Positions 49,270 through 58,440 of a stretch of DNA of 64,000 nucleotides are shown in pieces. The translations under genes were made by a program, and so were the position numbers. Under the pieces are notes generated by a model. That model did not search any database. It saw only the letters and a list, made by a program, of their open reading frames with translations, and was not told where the DNA came from. The stretch is from a virus. Its lineage: Duplodnaviria > Caudoviricetes. Numbering within the stretch: the stretch's first letter is position 1; each line of letters starts with the position of its first letter. The DNA is taken from the IMG/VR virus record IMGVR_UViG_3300031953_000004, positions 18,433 through 82,432 of that record; one strand, given 5' to 3'.

Positions 49270-50958
49270 CTACTTTAGTTTTTGAGTTAACATTGCATCT
49301 GCAAGGTCATAGGCGAACTTCGCTATGGATTCGGCACCCTTCTTGGAAGAAGGCGACACCAGCTGTAACATTACTGCAAAGGCGATTTCATCCCGGGATT
49401 TCAATAATTCCTGAGCAAGGGTTTCTTTAACTTCTTCCTTAGTATTATATCCGGCATCCAGATCATCAGGTAGATCACCTGGCTTTTCAGCTATTTCCTT
49501 TTTGGAAACAACTGGTTCTTCTTCAACTGCGATCGGGTTCTCTTCCCATTCTTCCACGGGAGCTTCATCATCTGGTTCATCCAAAGCGTCCATCTTCGCT
49601 TCAAGAGCAGCATCGTGTTCTGCCTTGGCTTTCTTGGCAGCAGCTTCTGTTTCAAGTTCTTCAAGAACTTTTTCAGCTTTAACTTCCAAATTCTTGATAG
49701 CTTTCATATCGACTTTTTCGATTTCAGCTTTAGGAACTTCGACTTCCTTAGCTACAGGAATTGCAATCAGCTTCTTAAACCCTGCCTCTGGCATATTCAG
49801 GATTTCATCATACGTGAAGCCTTGACCATCAGGACCAGCAACATACTTTTTGTATTTGGGATCGTCTTTCCATCCAAGGGCATACAGTGCTTGTCGTCTT
49901 GCCTTGGAAGATTCATAGGCGTCCACAGTAGAGGTGCTGTCCTTATCAGGGGCAACGGTCGCCTTGGCTTTCATCTCGGCTTCGGCTTTGGCAAGGTGCA
50001 TATCCGCAACTTTCTTGGCGCTGTACTTCACGGTCATTGGCATCCATTCTTCATTGTCCATCTTACCGATACGTTCTATGCCGTAAGCTTCCCCATCAGG
50101 GCAATCGATTCCGGCAAGGGTTCCTTCGGAGTCAAGGTGTTCCTCACATCCGTTCTTGACCAGTATCGCGATACGTTTAAGGCCAAGGTCATTCAATACC
50201 TTCTCCCTGTCGGCTTTGGCTCTTTCCTGTTGTGCTTTTATTACCTCTGCGGTAGGAAGTGCCGTCTTGGTGCCTTGTGCCTCTTTCAGGGCATCTGTGT
50301 AGGTATCATTGTCCATATCGTCCAGATCCTGGTAATGCAAGGTCTTCCCACTTTCGTGACGGATGATATCCCCACCGATAGCTTTCCATTTAGCGGTGGC
50401 TATCAGGTTTCCTGCACGGCTCTTTACAAAAGCAGGCCATTCGGCTTCTTCCTCTTCCTCGTCTTTAGGAATGGTAGCGATAATCACATTGGGAGAAGCC
50501 TTGGCGATTTCCTTGATTTCCTCCAAAGCCTCATCGACTTCTTCCTCGGCGAATGCCTCATCGAGTTCTTTGTGGATAGCCTTGTCTTTATCCAAGGCTT
50601 CCTGTGCGGTAAAGCCTTCTTTATCTCTGGGCTCTACAGGTTTGGTAGGTGCAGAGAAGGTCTTGATCGGTGGGGGTGGTGGTATGTTGTCAGGCACCGT
50701 TGGTGGTGGTGGCATAGTATCTGCAACCTCAGCGACTTCCATTTCTTCGTTCAAGAACTTGTCAGCGAACTTGATGTTCACCACAAAGGCATCCTTTCCA
50801 AAGGCTTCCTTGCCCGAAGGCTCGGATATCTTATACATATGGTTGACTGCGCCCGGCTTGTCTTTTAGTCCGTCACATTCATCTTTGGTCATTACCTGGT
50901 ATTGGGATTTGTCCCAACGCAGTTTATCCAAATACTGGTCTTTTGTCATTGCACTCAT
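49270..50958 (-). CDS. Large acidic protein with internal repeats
   Basis: 562 aa; Pro- and Glu-rich linkers; three related ~45-aa modules. Confidence 0.7.
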   Translation of the reverse strand: MSAMTKDQYLDKLRWDKSQYQVMTKDECDGLKDKPGAVNHMYKISEPSGKEAFGKDAFVVNIKFADKFLNEEMEVAEVADTMPPPPTVPDNIPPPPPIKTFSAPTKPVEPRDKEGFTAQEALDKDKAIHKELDEAFAEEEVDEALEEIKEIAKASPNVIIATIPKDEEEEEAEWPAFVKSRAGNLIATAKWKAIGGDIIRHESGKTLHYQDLDDMDNDTYTDALKEAQGTKTALPTAEVIKAQQERAKADREKVLNDLGLKRIAILVKNGCEEHLDSEGTLAGIDCPDGEAYGIERIGKMDNEEWMPMTVKYSAKKVADMHLAKAEAEMKAKATVAPDKDSTSTVDAYESSKARRQALYALGWKDDPKYKKYVAGPDGQGFTYDEILNMPEAGFKKLIAIPVAKEVEVPKAEIEKVDMKAIKNLEVKAEKVLEELETEAAAKKAKAEHDAALEAKMDALDEPDDEAPVEEWEENPIAVEEEPVVSKKEIAEKPGDLPDDLDAGYNTKEEVKETLAQELLKSRDEIAFAVMLQLVSPSSKKGAESIAKFAYDLADAMLTQKLK

Positions 50959-50977
50959 AATAGAATTGTTTTAAGCC

Positions 50978-51187
50978 TTAAAGGTCAAGGCTGGATTGAT
51001 TATTGGTTTTTGGTTTTGTAGCAGGCAAAGGCTTGCGCTTGCTTTTGTCAGGGTACCAGGAGATCACAAAATGTTTGTAGACCTCCATAAATTTACCCGA
51101 CTTCACGAACCGCACGTTGTATGTATGTGGGTTCGATTTGATAATAGCAACCTGCTCTCCTTTAACGAGAAAGATTCTATCTCTCAT
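50978..51187 (-). CDS. Small beta (SH3/KOW-like) protein
   Basis: VKGEQVAIIK..TYNVRFVKSGK. Confidence 0.5.
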   Translation of the reverse strand: MRDRIFLVKGEQVAIIKSNPHTYNVRFVKSGKFMEVYKHFVISWYPDKSKRKPLPATKPKTNNQSSLDL

Positions 51188-51190
51188 ACT

Positions 51191-53755
51191 TTAAAAATTC
51201 AAATGCTCAATAGCATCGAAGAACTCCCCGATATCAGAACAATAGGTTAAATCAATGCGTTGAAAACGGTCGGCGTTATCGGTATTGATGTGTTCGATTC
51301 TTATAATTCGACACCTCGTACCTGTACCGGCCCGTTTGAAGGTTACCTCAGGGAGCAATATCTCTCCTGTGAAATTGACCTTCTGGAAAGCTTTGGATTC
51401 CAATAGGATCTCCAATCGCTTATCCATAGAACTCCCTATAGGAATGATCGCTAACAACCTTCCTCCAAGGCTTCCCGATTGACGGAACGACCTGAAGTGG
51501 TTGACCACCGCTTTTTGTATGTGTTCAGCGGCAGTCTTTCCACCACTCCCAAAGGGAGGGTTCATTGCGATAAAGTCGAACTTGTTGTGGATTTTAAAAT
51601 CCTCGAACTGACAGTTCTCCGTTCTTCCTGATGATACCAGTGCCATTTCTGCATAGAGGTTCATACTCGGTTCCACCATTACATTGGCACAGAACTTAGG
51701 GAAGTACCGGGAGATTGCCCCGTGTCCCGATGAAGGTTCTAAACCACCTTCTTCTGGTTGTGGGTTAAGCCACTCCACCATTTTAAATCCAAGAGGTTCT
51801 GGGGTAGCGAAATAATCTGTTCCCTCAAAGCTCTTGTTTTGGGAGGTCTTCTTTCCTCGGGAGAAGTAATAAGTCTTCGCCTTTTGGAATTCAGACATTC
51901 CCTGCATTACCCGGTCAGCTTCCTTGCCGCCTATACCCTGACCTAAATATGGTTGGTGGTTATCGGCAGCGATGTAGCCTTCCTTGAACGATGTTTCCAG
52001 ATCCCTTGCAAGGTTGCCCATAGCGAGGTTCTCTGCGGTCTTTGCCCTTGAAGCAATCTTCTCGGCAAAGGCGATCTTCTCAAAATTGGTGTGGAGCGTG
52101 GCATACTCATAGATAGCATCGCTCTTTACCCCATCACGGTAGATCCTCCCCTCGCTCTGTATTGCTTCTGTGGGAGCCACAGGAAGCGCCAGGTTGATCA
52201 GTACCCGCTGTCGGGTGCCTTGCGTATCGTGAAGGGATATACCCTCTCTCCCCGCCTTGGATTGGACAATGATGAGGTTCACACCAGACTTCGGCTTGTT
52301 GAAATCGTCACGGTTCTTCTGTCTGTTCTTTTTAGAAACAGTACCGTTGAATTCCACCGCTCCCGGGAACGCTTGCCCAAGGGCTTCGCGCACGTTCAGC
52401 AATTTGGACAAGTCCAGGTTGACGAACTCCGGATGATCAGCACTCCACTTATCGATATCCTGTTGAATGAATCTACTCATCCACACCGTGTCTGCGGTGA
52501 CCAGTTTCTCCACTTCAAAGTGGAACGGGTGTGTCATTACCGTATGGTTATAGCTGTGGAACACAACCACCTTGCGACCAAGCTTCAGGTGTTCACGGAT
52601 GCGTGGGATAATCTCCTGCACCTTGATGCATTCCAGAAGCTGGTTCACATAGAGGTAGTTGTATTTCTTGCTGATTACCTCGGCCAGATCCTTGTACTTG
52701 TCTTTGATATCGGAATCGTGCCACATAGAAATACCACGGTCTATGAAATCCCCGAACTCATTGTTCACCTTTACAAAATGACGTGAGTAATCGAAGTTCA
52801 GTTTAAGTACCCTTGTGGACATGACCCCAAGCTCACGGTACTTCTCGAAGAACTCACGTTCCAGTAAGTCCTGGTCGACACCTACCTCCGGTATGGTCAA
52901 CTTATTGTAGCGCATCCGATACCCGAAGGTTTGTGCAAAGAATTGGTTCCACCCAGTAGCGACGTTGTAGCCTCCGGAGTAATCCCGTTCCTCCAAGGTT
53001 TCGTTGATATCGAACAGGCACCCATCGGCATAGAACAAAGACTTGTGATATGCAAAGGGTGTAGCTGATAGGAATACCACCTTGGTCTGGTCTGCCATCA
53101 TCAGTGATGAAGACTTGATCTGGAATTTCCAGGCTTCAAGGGAGCCTCTCCATTCGTCATAGGTAGGGAACTCTTCCGGTACAGGTCTTTGCCTGTAGCG
53201 ATCGAGTATCTTTTCTTTAGCTGCCGAGGGGAGGTTTGCTACACGCCTGTGTTTTTCAAGATAGACGGTATCATCTCCTTTGGCATTCTGGTTTAGGTAG
53301 TGGCACTCATCGTAAACGATAAGATCCCAATCCCTGTCTTCCAGTGCATCGTTCTGGTAGAAGTTCGCATATGTAGTTACAACGATGTCATTTCCCTTAT
53401 CTCTTATATCCCTAAGGGGTCTGATCACCAGCTGTAAATGTTCCGCTTCCATCATCCAGTCCTTGCACTTGGCTTCGGTAGGCACGACTACGAGTATGTT
53501 TTTCTTGCCTTGCAATGCAAAGCGTTTCATAATACCTAGGGAAACGAAAGTTTTTCCGGTCCCCGTACCGTTGGTAAACATATACCCTTTGCCAACCCTG
53601 AATCGTATTTCTGCCTGTTGAACATCTTCTTGCTGTTCCGGGTACAGCTTCGGCAAGCTCTCTTGTATGTCTTCGAGGTTGCCTAATCGTACCTGTTGTT
53701 GCTCTGTATAATCGAGTGTCAGCATAAGTTGTTCTTTCTTGACAATATTAGTCAT
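51191..53755 (-). CDS. SF2 (Strawberry-notch/SNF2-like) helicase fused to a C-terminal N6-adenine DNA methyltransferase
   Basis: NGTGTGKT, YDECH, FLSATP, AGREGISLHD, QSEGRIYR; then YFATP, LEPSSGHGAI, IAMNPPFG (NPPF 51551-51562). Confidence 0.88.
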   Translation of the reverse strand: MTNIVKKEQLMLTLDYTEQQQVRLGNLEDIQESLPKLYPEQQEDVQQAEIRFRVGKGYMFTNGTGTGKTFVSLGIMKRFALQGKKNILVVVPTEAKCKDWMMEAEHLQLVIRPLRDIRDKGNDIVVTTYANFYQNDALEDRDWDLIVYDECHYLNQNAKGDDTVYLEKHRRVANLPSAAKEKILDRYRQRPVPEEFPTYDEWRGSLEAWKFQIKSSSLMMADQTKVVFLSATPFAYHKSLFYADGCLFDINETLEERDYSGGYNVATGWNQFFAQTFGYRMRYNKLTIPEVGVDQDLLEREFFEKYRELGVMSTRVLKLNFDYSRHFVKVNNEFGDFIDRGISMWHDSDIKDKYKDLAEVISKKYNYLYVNQLLECIKVQEIIPRIREHLKLGRKVVVFHSYNHTVMTHPFHFEVEKLVTADTVWMSRFIQQDIDKWSADHPEFVNLDLSKLLNVREALGQAFPGAVEFNGTVSKKNRQKNRDDFNKPKSGVNLIIVQSKAGREGISLHDTQGTRQRVLINLALPVAPTEAIQSEGRIYRDGVKSDAIYEYATLHTNFEKIAFAEKIASRAKTAENLAMGNLARDLETSFKEGYIAADNHQPYLGQGIGGKEADRVMQGMSEFQKAKTYYFSRGKKTSQNKSFEGTDYFATPEPLGFKMVEWLNPQPEEGGLEPSSGHGAISRYFPKFCANVMVEPSMNLYAEMALVSSGRTENCQFEDFKIHNKFDFIAMNPPFGSGGKTAAEHIQKAVVNHFRSFRQSGSLGGRLLAIIPIGSSMDKRLEILLESKAFQKVNFTGEILLPEVTFKRAGTGTRCRIIRIEHINTDNADRFQRIDLTYCSDIGEFFDAIEHLNF

Positions 53756-53760
53756 TTTAA

Positions 53761-54003
53761 TTAGAGAATGACGTTAACATCGACAAGTTCTATCACAAAT
53801 TCTCCTTCACCCTCATAGTCTTGGGTTTGTAATTTATCCCAAAGGAAATCAACACTGTAACGTGAGAGTCCTTCTCCTTCCTTTAGGGCTTGTTGTTTGC
53901 ATAGCTTAACGGCATTGCTTCGGGTAGTACCGATACCTATGATATCCCTGCTCGCATAGGAATGATGCGTGTCGGTCTTGTAACAAATAAATACTTCATC
54001 CAT
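53761..54003 (-). CDS. Hypothetical protein
   Basis: 80 aa, operonic. Confidence 0.55.
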   Translation of the reverse strand: MDEVFICYKTDTHHSYASRDIIGIGTTRSNAVKLCKQQALKEGEGLSRYSVDFLWDKLQTQDYEGEGEFVIELVDVNVIL

Positions 54004-54223
54004 TGTTCAGCCTTTTAATTGTTGCAGTGATTGAAGCAGAATCCGAATCATAGAACCTGTGTTCATAGTAATCCCTGAATTCTTCTTTCTGCTTTACACT
54101 CATTTTCTGATACAAGCTCTTAGCTTGTTTTGTTTGACCATTGATATCACTGTTTAGAATATGCTCATAGTAGTCTATTATATCAGTGAAGTTCCGATCT
54201 GTAATATCTTTTTTATTTACCAT
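53996..54223 (-). CDS. Hypothetical protein
   Basis: 75 aa, operonic. Confidence 0.55.
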   Translation of the reverse strand: MVNKKDITDRNFTDIIDYYEHILNSDINGQTKQAKSLYQKMSVKQKEEFRDYYEHRFYDSDSASITATIKRLNNG

Positions 54224-54404
54224 CGTTGTCGTCTTTTAGTGTCCATTTCAATCCCACGACCAGTGCCTTACGAACTTTTATTTTATTCGTATGAATCACA
54301 TAGTCATAGGGAAAGCCAAAGCCCTCTTTGGTTTTATTTTCGAGGGCCTTGATTTCTTCCTGTAATGAATTGATTTTGTCTTGTACTTCCTGTACTGTTT
54401 TCAT
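54213..54404 (-). CDS. Short coiled-coil protein
   Basis: 63 aa. Confidence 0.55.
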   Translation of the reverse strand: MKTVQEVQDKINSLQEEIKALENKTKEGFGFPYDYVIHTNKIKVRKALVVGLKWTLKDDNDGK

Positions 54405-54426
54405 CAGGACTGATTTATTAAAATAG

Positions 54427-54454
54427 AAAAAGCCTGGTAATATACCAGGCTTTT
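54427..54454. terminator. Intrinsic terminator
   Basis: AAAAGCCTGGTA...TACCAGGCTTTT inverted repeat after the 120-aa gene. Confidence 0.8.
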
Positions 54455-54475
54455 ATAATTAAGAACAAACTTTAT

Positions 54476-54838
54476 CTATATGTACCTATCTGGAAGTATT
54501 CCTAAGGCACCTGCGATAAGATTGAATCTTTTAGAGTTGTAGAGGTTATTCGATGCATTATAGTTTCTACCTGGATCGATAAGTATTTCGATGTATTCGG
54601 AGGTTTCTAAAACTAAAGCATCATCCTTCTCATTGGCAGAGAAGCTGTGGAATGGTTGTTCCAAATCCACGTTGAATATTTGAGTGGCATTAAAGCTCAC
54701 CAAGGTTTCCACCTGTAATTGTAGATCAGCCTGGTCTACAAGCTGGACTTTATCTCCAACATCGTCGTCTGACACCGTTGCCGATGTCATTGCGGGAATG
54801 AAGAATAAAGCCATCAAAATGAAAATAAATGTTTTCAT
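54476..54838 (-). CDS. Secreted acidic protein
   Basis: Signal peptide MKTFIFILMALFFIPAMTSA. Confidence 0.55.
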   Translation of the reverse strand: MKTFIFILMALFFIPAMTSATVSDDDVGDKVQLVDQADLQLQVETLVSFNATQIFNVDLEQPFHSFSANEKDDALVLETSEYIEILIDPGRNYNASNNLYNSKRFNLIAGALGILPDRYI

Positions 54839-54898
54839 AGTAATCGGGTTTAGTTAAACAAAGTGTTAAATTAAATAAAAAATAGTTACCATCGAGAA

Positions 54899-56188
54899 TT
54901 ATTTATTTAGTAATTCTTTGACCTCATCGGTCTTGGTCTTAGCGAAGATCCATCCGGCCCCGCATTTCAATCGGAAGTTGAACCTACCGCCCAAAGCTTT
55001 TAATTGGTCTTTGATCGGTTTGGTATCTCCGATAACAGCGATTGCCTTTTCACTGTAGTCGATGATCTGTACATCTCCTATGGTGTCCGTAACGACTTGT
55101 TCCGTTTCGGGTTCAGATGCTACGGCATCATTGGCGAGGTACCTTCCCTGTGCCGCGGCGATGTAGATATCTTCCATCGTTTTCTTGTCGGTGATCTTGT
55201 CGTACTTCTCCTTGGTGACTTTCCATCCCGACCAGCTATCTGTACCGAAGAAGTAGGTAGGTAGTTGGTAACTGGCATAGTTGGTGTTCTTCGTGAACTC
55301 ATCGCTGTCCGGGAAGTCCTTGGTAGCTTCGAACCTTTTGGCTGCTGCTTTTAGCTCTGCCATATTGTTCTTGTCGTGGTTGCTCCACGCGAGGTACACG
55401 ACTTCTTCTACAGTGGTGCTGTAGTAGTCGGTCATATAGTCGCTGGTATTGCGATAGTGCTTGGCCACGATGATGGTCTTTGCACCTGGGGGTACTTCCA
55501 CCAGTTCCTTGCCCTCGGCAATGTCCTCGGAGCGTTGTAGCTCGACGATCATCTGTTCATTCTGTTTCTCTTCACGGTCTTTGGCTTGCTTCTGTACGGC
55601 ATCCATCACGATGTCTGAAAGGGTAGCTTCATCCCCCTCGAACTTATAGTCGAGGTCGAAGTAAGTGCCTATTCCGAACTTGTCGTTTATGTGCTTCACA
55701 TAGGTGTGAGATTCTAAGGTCAGTGTGGTAGGCTCTACGGTCAGGTAATTGGTTCCGTAATCGGTTACTTCTATTTTGTAAACGATATTGAAGTTCCCAC
55801 GTGAGCCCTTGCTTTGTGTTTGGGAATCCCCGAAGAGAATGGTTCCGATAACGGGAACGGGTTTTTCCTCCGGTTGTATCTCTCCAAGCTTTACTTTCTC
55901 ATCGAAGAGAATCACCGCTCTTGTATGTTGTTCGGTGATGACTTTCTCGGAAACCCGGGATTGCTTCTCCGAGATCAGGTGTATCTGCTTGTTGAAGATA
56001 TCGGTGGAAGAAAACGAGATCCCTCCACCGTTGTTGATTGCCACAGGTGTTGCCCTTGATTGTAGGGTGCCATCGTTACGCTTGTAGGTAGCGATTTCGT
56101 AGTCCTGTCCGTTGACGGTGGTCAGGGTTTCTCCGTGCCACTGTCCGTTCCTGTCGCGACCTATGATCGCTTTATCTTTGGTTCTCAT
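54899..56188 (-). CDS. Multidomain early protein of the type found on Bacteroidota mobile elements
   Basis: NTSDYMTDYY..LAWSNHDKNNMAELKAAA central domain; C-terminal DYSEKAIAVIGDTKPIKDQLKALGGRFN..GWIF domain. Confidence 0.7.
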   Translation of the reverse strand: MRTKDKAIIGRDRNGQWHGETLTTVNGQDYEIATYKRNDGTLQSRATPVAINNGGGISFSSTDIFNKQIHLISEKQSRVSEKVITEQHTRAVILFDEKVKLGEIQPEEKPVPVIGTILFGDSQTQSKGSRGNFNIVYKIEVTDYGTNYLTVEPTTLTLESHTYVKHINDKFGIGTYFDLDYKFEGDEATLSDIVMDAVQKQAKDREEKQNEQMIVELQRSEDIAEGKELVEVPPGAKTIIVAKHYRNTSDYMTDYYSTTVEEVVYLAWSNHDKNNMAELKAAAKRFEATKDFPDSDEFTKNTNYASYQLPTYFFGTDSWSGWKVTKEKYDKITDKKTMEDIYIAAAQGRYLANDAVASEPETEQVVTDTIGDVQIIDYSEKAIAVIGDTKPIKDQLKALGGRFNFRLKCGAGWIFAKTKTDEVKELLNK

Positions 56189-56189
56189 A

Positions 56190-56680
56190 ACTTTTTAAAA
56201 TTTAGTTAGAATTTGAACAATAGATATAGCTCTATCCATTGCATACCTGTTGTTACAGTTGCTTCAGAAGCTTTAGTGGGGGAAGCTTCTCTTAGCTACT
56301 ACTCTATACTCTTGCAAGGAGGGGACATTATTATCAGTATGCAGTTGACTTGGTTGTGAGCTTACACATTGCCAAGATTTAGTCCAGAGCGTTTGACTGT
56401 ATTAGTATCCTGTTTTAAACCTAATCAATACTTCAGTTTCAAGATACAATATAAGGTTTGAGAGATTTGGTCCAACCGACAAAAACACCACGTAGCATTG
56501 AACTCCTCTTTTAGCGAAAAGAATGTCAGTTGTTTACGTCCGTTTTATAAGGAGAGGAGTTCGCTACTATGTATGTTTTTTACACTGGTATTACGAACCT
56601 TATAAAAAAGACTGAATCAAACTAACCGACGGTGCTAAAGTAAAATCTTTTTATGAAACATTTTACTTATTAGTGAATTA
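56190..56680 (-). ncRNA. Candidate structured non-coding RNA / long leader
   Basis: About 490 nt with no ORF over ~30 codons and several self-complementary stems (see findings). Confidence 0.4.
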
Positions 56681-56684
56681 TATT

Positions 56685-56885
56685 TTACACTGGTAGTATT
56701 ATATCGCGTTGCTTGGCTATCTCCGTCATATTTTGAAGCTTCCCAAATACACTATCGTTATAGTTCATTATGTGTTCCCAGCTATTGAATCCAGGCTCAC
56801 TATAGATTTCCTGTGGGATTGCGGAGTCTATATTGCAAAGCTCGTCTGGTGTGTAGATAAGCTTCATTAATTCTCCTTTAGTCAT
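56685..56885 (-). CDS. Hypothetical protein
   Basis: 66 aa. Confidence 0.55.
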   Translation of the reverse strand: MTKGELMKLIYTPDELCNIDSAIPQEIYSEPGFNSWEHIMNYNDSVFGKLQNMTEIAKQRDIILPV

Positions 56886-57058
56886 TACTTTCCAAAGTTT
56901 AAATACTCTTCCATTATATCTGGAAAAGCATTTACGATTGTTCTTAAATTGTTTTGGTCTGCTTTCTGCATAGCGATTGCCAGTGCGGAAGCGAAACTGC
57001 CACCATATTTTTCCATATTGGTGGTAATGATATTTATTTCTGCTAAAGTATATTTCAT
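56885..57058 (-). CDS. 57-aa conserved-looking phage protein (not in ORF track)
   Basis: MKYTLAEINIITTNMEKYGGSFASALAIAMQKADQNNLRTIVNAFPDIMEEYLNFGK; fills the gap exactly. Confidence 0.7.
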   Translation of the reverse strand: MKYTLAEINIITTNMEKYGGSFASALAIAMQKADQNNLRTIVNAFPDIMEEYLNFGK

Positions 57059-57060
57059 AA

Positions 57061-57348
57061 CTAATCTTTTTTGAGTTTGAATACTTCTTTTACCACATCC
57101 TGTGTAGCCCTGCTTAATGATTCTGTAAGCTCGTGACCGATAAAATATTTAGGTCCTCTCTCACCCGTCTCATAATTGAATTCTATAGTCTGTATAACCA
57201 TTTCTCCAACTTGCTTTGCGTTAAGTGAATTGGCGCAGCTTGTGTAAGCCTCGCCATCTTCTGCCATCAGATACATTTGGAATAAGCCAAATGAGTTGGT
57301 GTTCTCGCTCTTGCGGAACACTAAAAATTCTTTATTTAGTTTTACCAT
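57061..57348 (-). CDS. Hypothetical protein
   Basis: 95 aa. Confidence 0.6.
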   Translation of the reverse strand: MVKLNKEFLVFRKSENTNSFGLFQMYLMAEDGEAYTSCANSLNAKQVGEMVIQTIEFNYETGERGPKYFIGHELTESLSRATQDVVKEVFKLKKD

Positions 57349-57362
57349 CTTAATGTGTGGTC

Positions 57363-57695
57363 TTAAAGGGTTAATGAATAGAGTATCGCTATGAATGCGA
57401 GCCAGAATACAGTAGCAAGGACAATTCCTATATTGATGCCTTTGTTCTGATAATGTACTTCCATAATAGAGCCTTCTCCCAATCCCATACTTTGAACGGC
57501 GTGCTGATAGCCCATCGCAAACTGTGTGTTGTGACGTAGCTTCTTGCGGAGCTCGCTCATTGCATAGTTCAGTTGCTTGCCTGAATAGTCATTATTGGAG
57601 AACCGGTTGATGTGGAGTTGGATCTCTTCATAGGTATTGTTTTCGGAATAGAGTTCAAGGAGCTTGACCTCGTCTCGTGATAATTGTTTCTGCAT
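57363..57695 (-). CDS. LuxR-like HTH with C-terminal TM helix
   Basis: LSRDEVKLLELYSENNTYEEIQ; C-terminal INIGIVLATVFWLAFIAILY. Confidence 0.5.
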   Translation of the reverse strand: MQKQLSRDEVKLLELYSENNTYEEIQLHINRFSNNDYSGKQLNYAMSELRKKLRHNTQFAMGYQHAVQSMGLGEGSIMEVHYQNKGINIGIVLATVFWLAFIAILYSLTL

Positions 57696-57708
57696 AATTT
57701 TAGGGTAT

Positions 57709-57738
57709 AAAAAAAGGGAACCGATGTGGCTCCCTTTT
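57709..57738 (-). terminator. Intrinsic terminator of the 216-aa gene
   Basis: Minus strand GGGAGCC-ACATC-GGTTCCC followed by a U-run. Confidence 0.75.
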
Positions 57739-57758
57739 AGATTAATGTTCGACTTAGC

Positions 57759-58409
57759 TTAGTAAGTGTTCTTCACGAAGAAGTAGGTTCCGGAAGCTTT
57801 CAGTTCCGCAACAGTAAGTGTTTCCAATTCCTCGTCACCATCTTGCATAAATGCAAGGGTAACAGTGGTAAGGGTACCATCTACTCCTTGGGTACTGGTT
57901 GACATTGTTCCAGCAGATCCTGTAGTTCCCGCTGCATAAATAGCATCGGTTTTTACTCCCACTTTAGTAGCAGTAAAAGTAACCGTGGCTGTTCCTACGG
58001 TTCCTCCGGTAGTCCATCCTGGAAAGGATGCAGCCCTTATTTTGTCTGCTACAGCAATAGCTGTATCAGCTGCTATAACAGCAACATTGGTGGAGACACC
58101 ACCTAATGTTACAGTTACGTTTTCTGTAGCAGTAGCTGCAGCTGTTACCAGCAGGCTTGCTACCTCTGCCGTTCCTCCGGTAAAGGCCGTGGACTTTACA
58201 AGTCCTTCCTGGTTGCCCACCAATACACGGGTATTGGGAACGATCGTGGCGAAACTGATTTCGTCCGAAGGGATGTAGTGTCCGGAGCGTTCGGCTCCGA
58301 GTTGTTGAATCGAGAAGGGCGTGTTGAGGTTGTTCACCTGTTTCACGACTTCGTTGTTGACTGGTACGATAGCATTGCTACCGTAATCCTTTCTTAGCAT
58401 TTCTCCCAT
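57759..58409 (-). CDS. Putative virion decoration / structural protein
   Basis: Thr/Ala/Gly/Val-rich central domain AEVASLLVTAAAT..VTVTLGG..IAVADKIRAA, like inserts in phage structural proteins. Confidence 0.55.
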   Translation of the reverse strand: MGEMLRKDYGSNAIVPVNNEVVKQVNNLNTPFSIQQLGAERSGHYIPSDEISFATIVPNTRVLVGNQEGLVKSTAFTGGTAEVASLLVTAAATATENVTVTLGGVSTNVAVIAADTAIAVADKIRAASFPGWTTGGTVGTATVTFTATKVGVKTDAIYAAGTTGSAGTMSTSTQGVDGTLTTVTLAFMQDGDEELETLTVAELKASGTYFFVKNTY

Positions 58410-58440
58410 GGGTTATGGTTTTAAATTGTTATAACATATT

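Noticed and set aside
49615-50868. 417-aa plus-strand ORF
   Set aside because: Antisense shadow of the 562-aa gene; no start context or motifs
52091-52786. 231-aa plus-strand ORF
   Set aside because: Antisense to the helicase-MTase, which has clear motifs
56190-56680. tRNA or recognisable intron in the long intergenic gap
   Set aside because: No cloverleaf/TTCGA arm or group I/II core that I could identify; left as an unknown structured RNA
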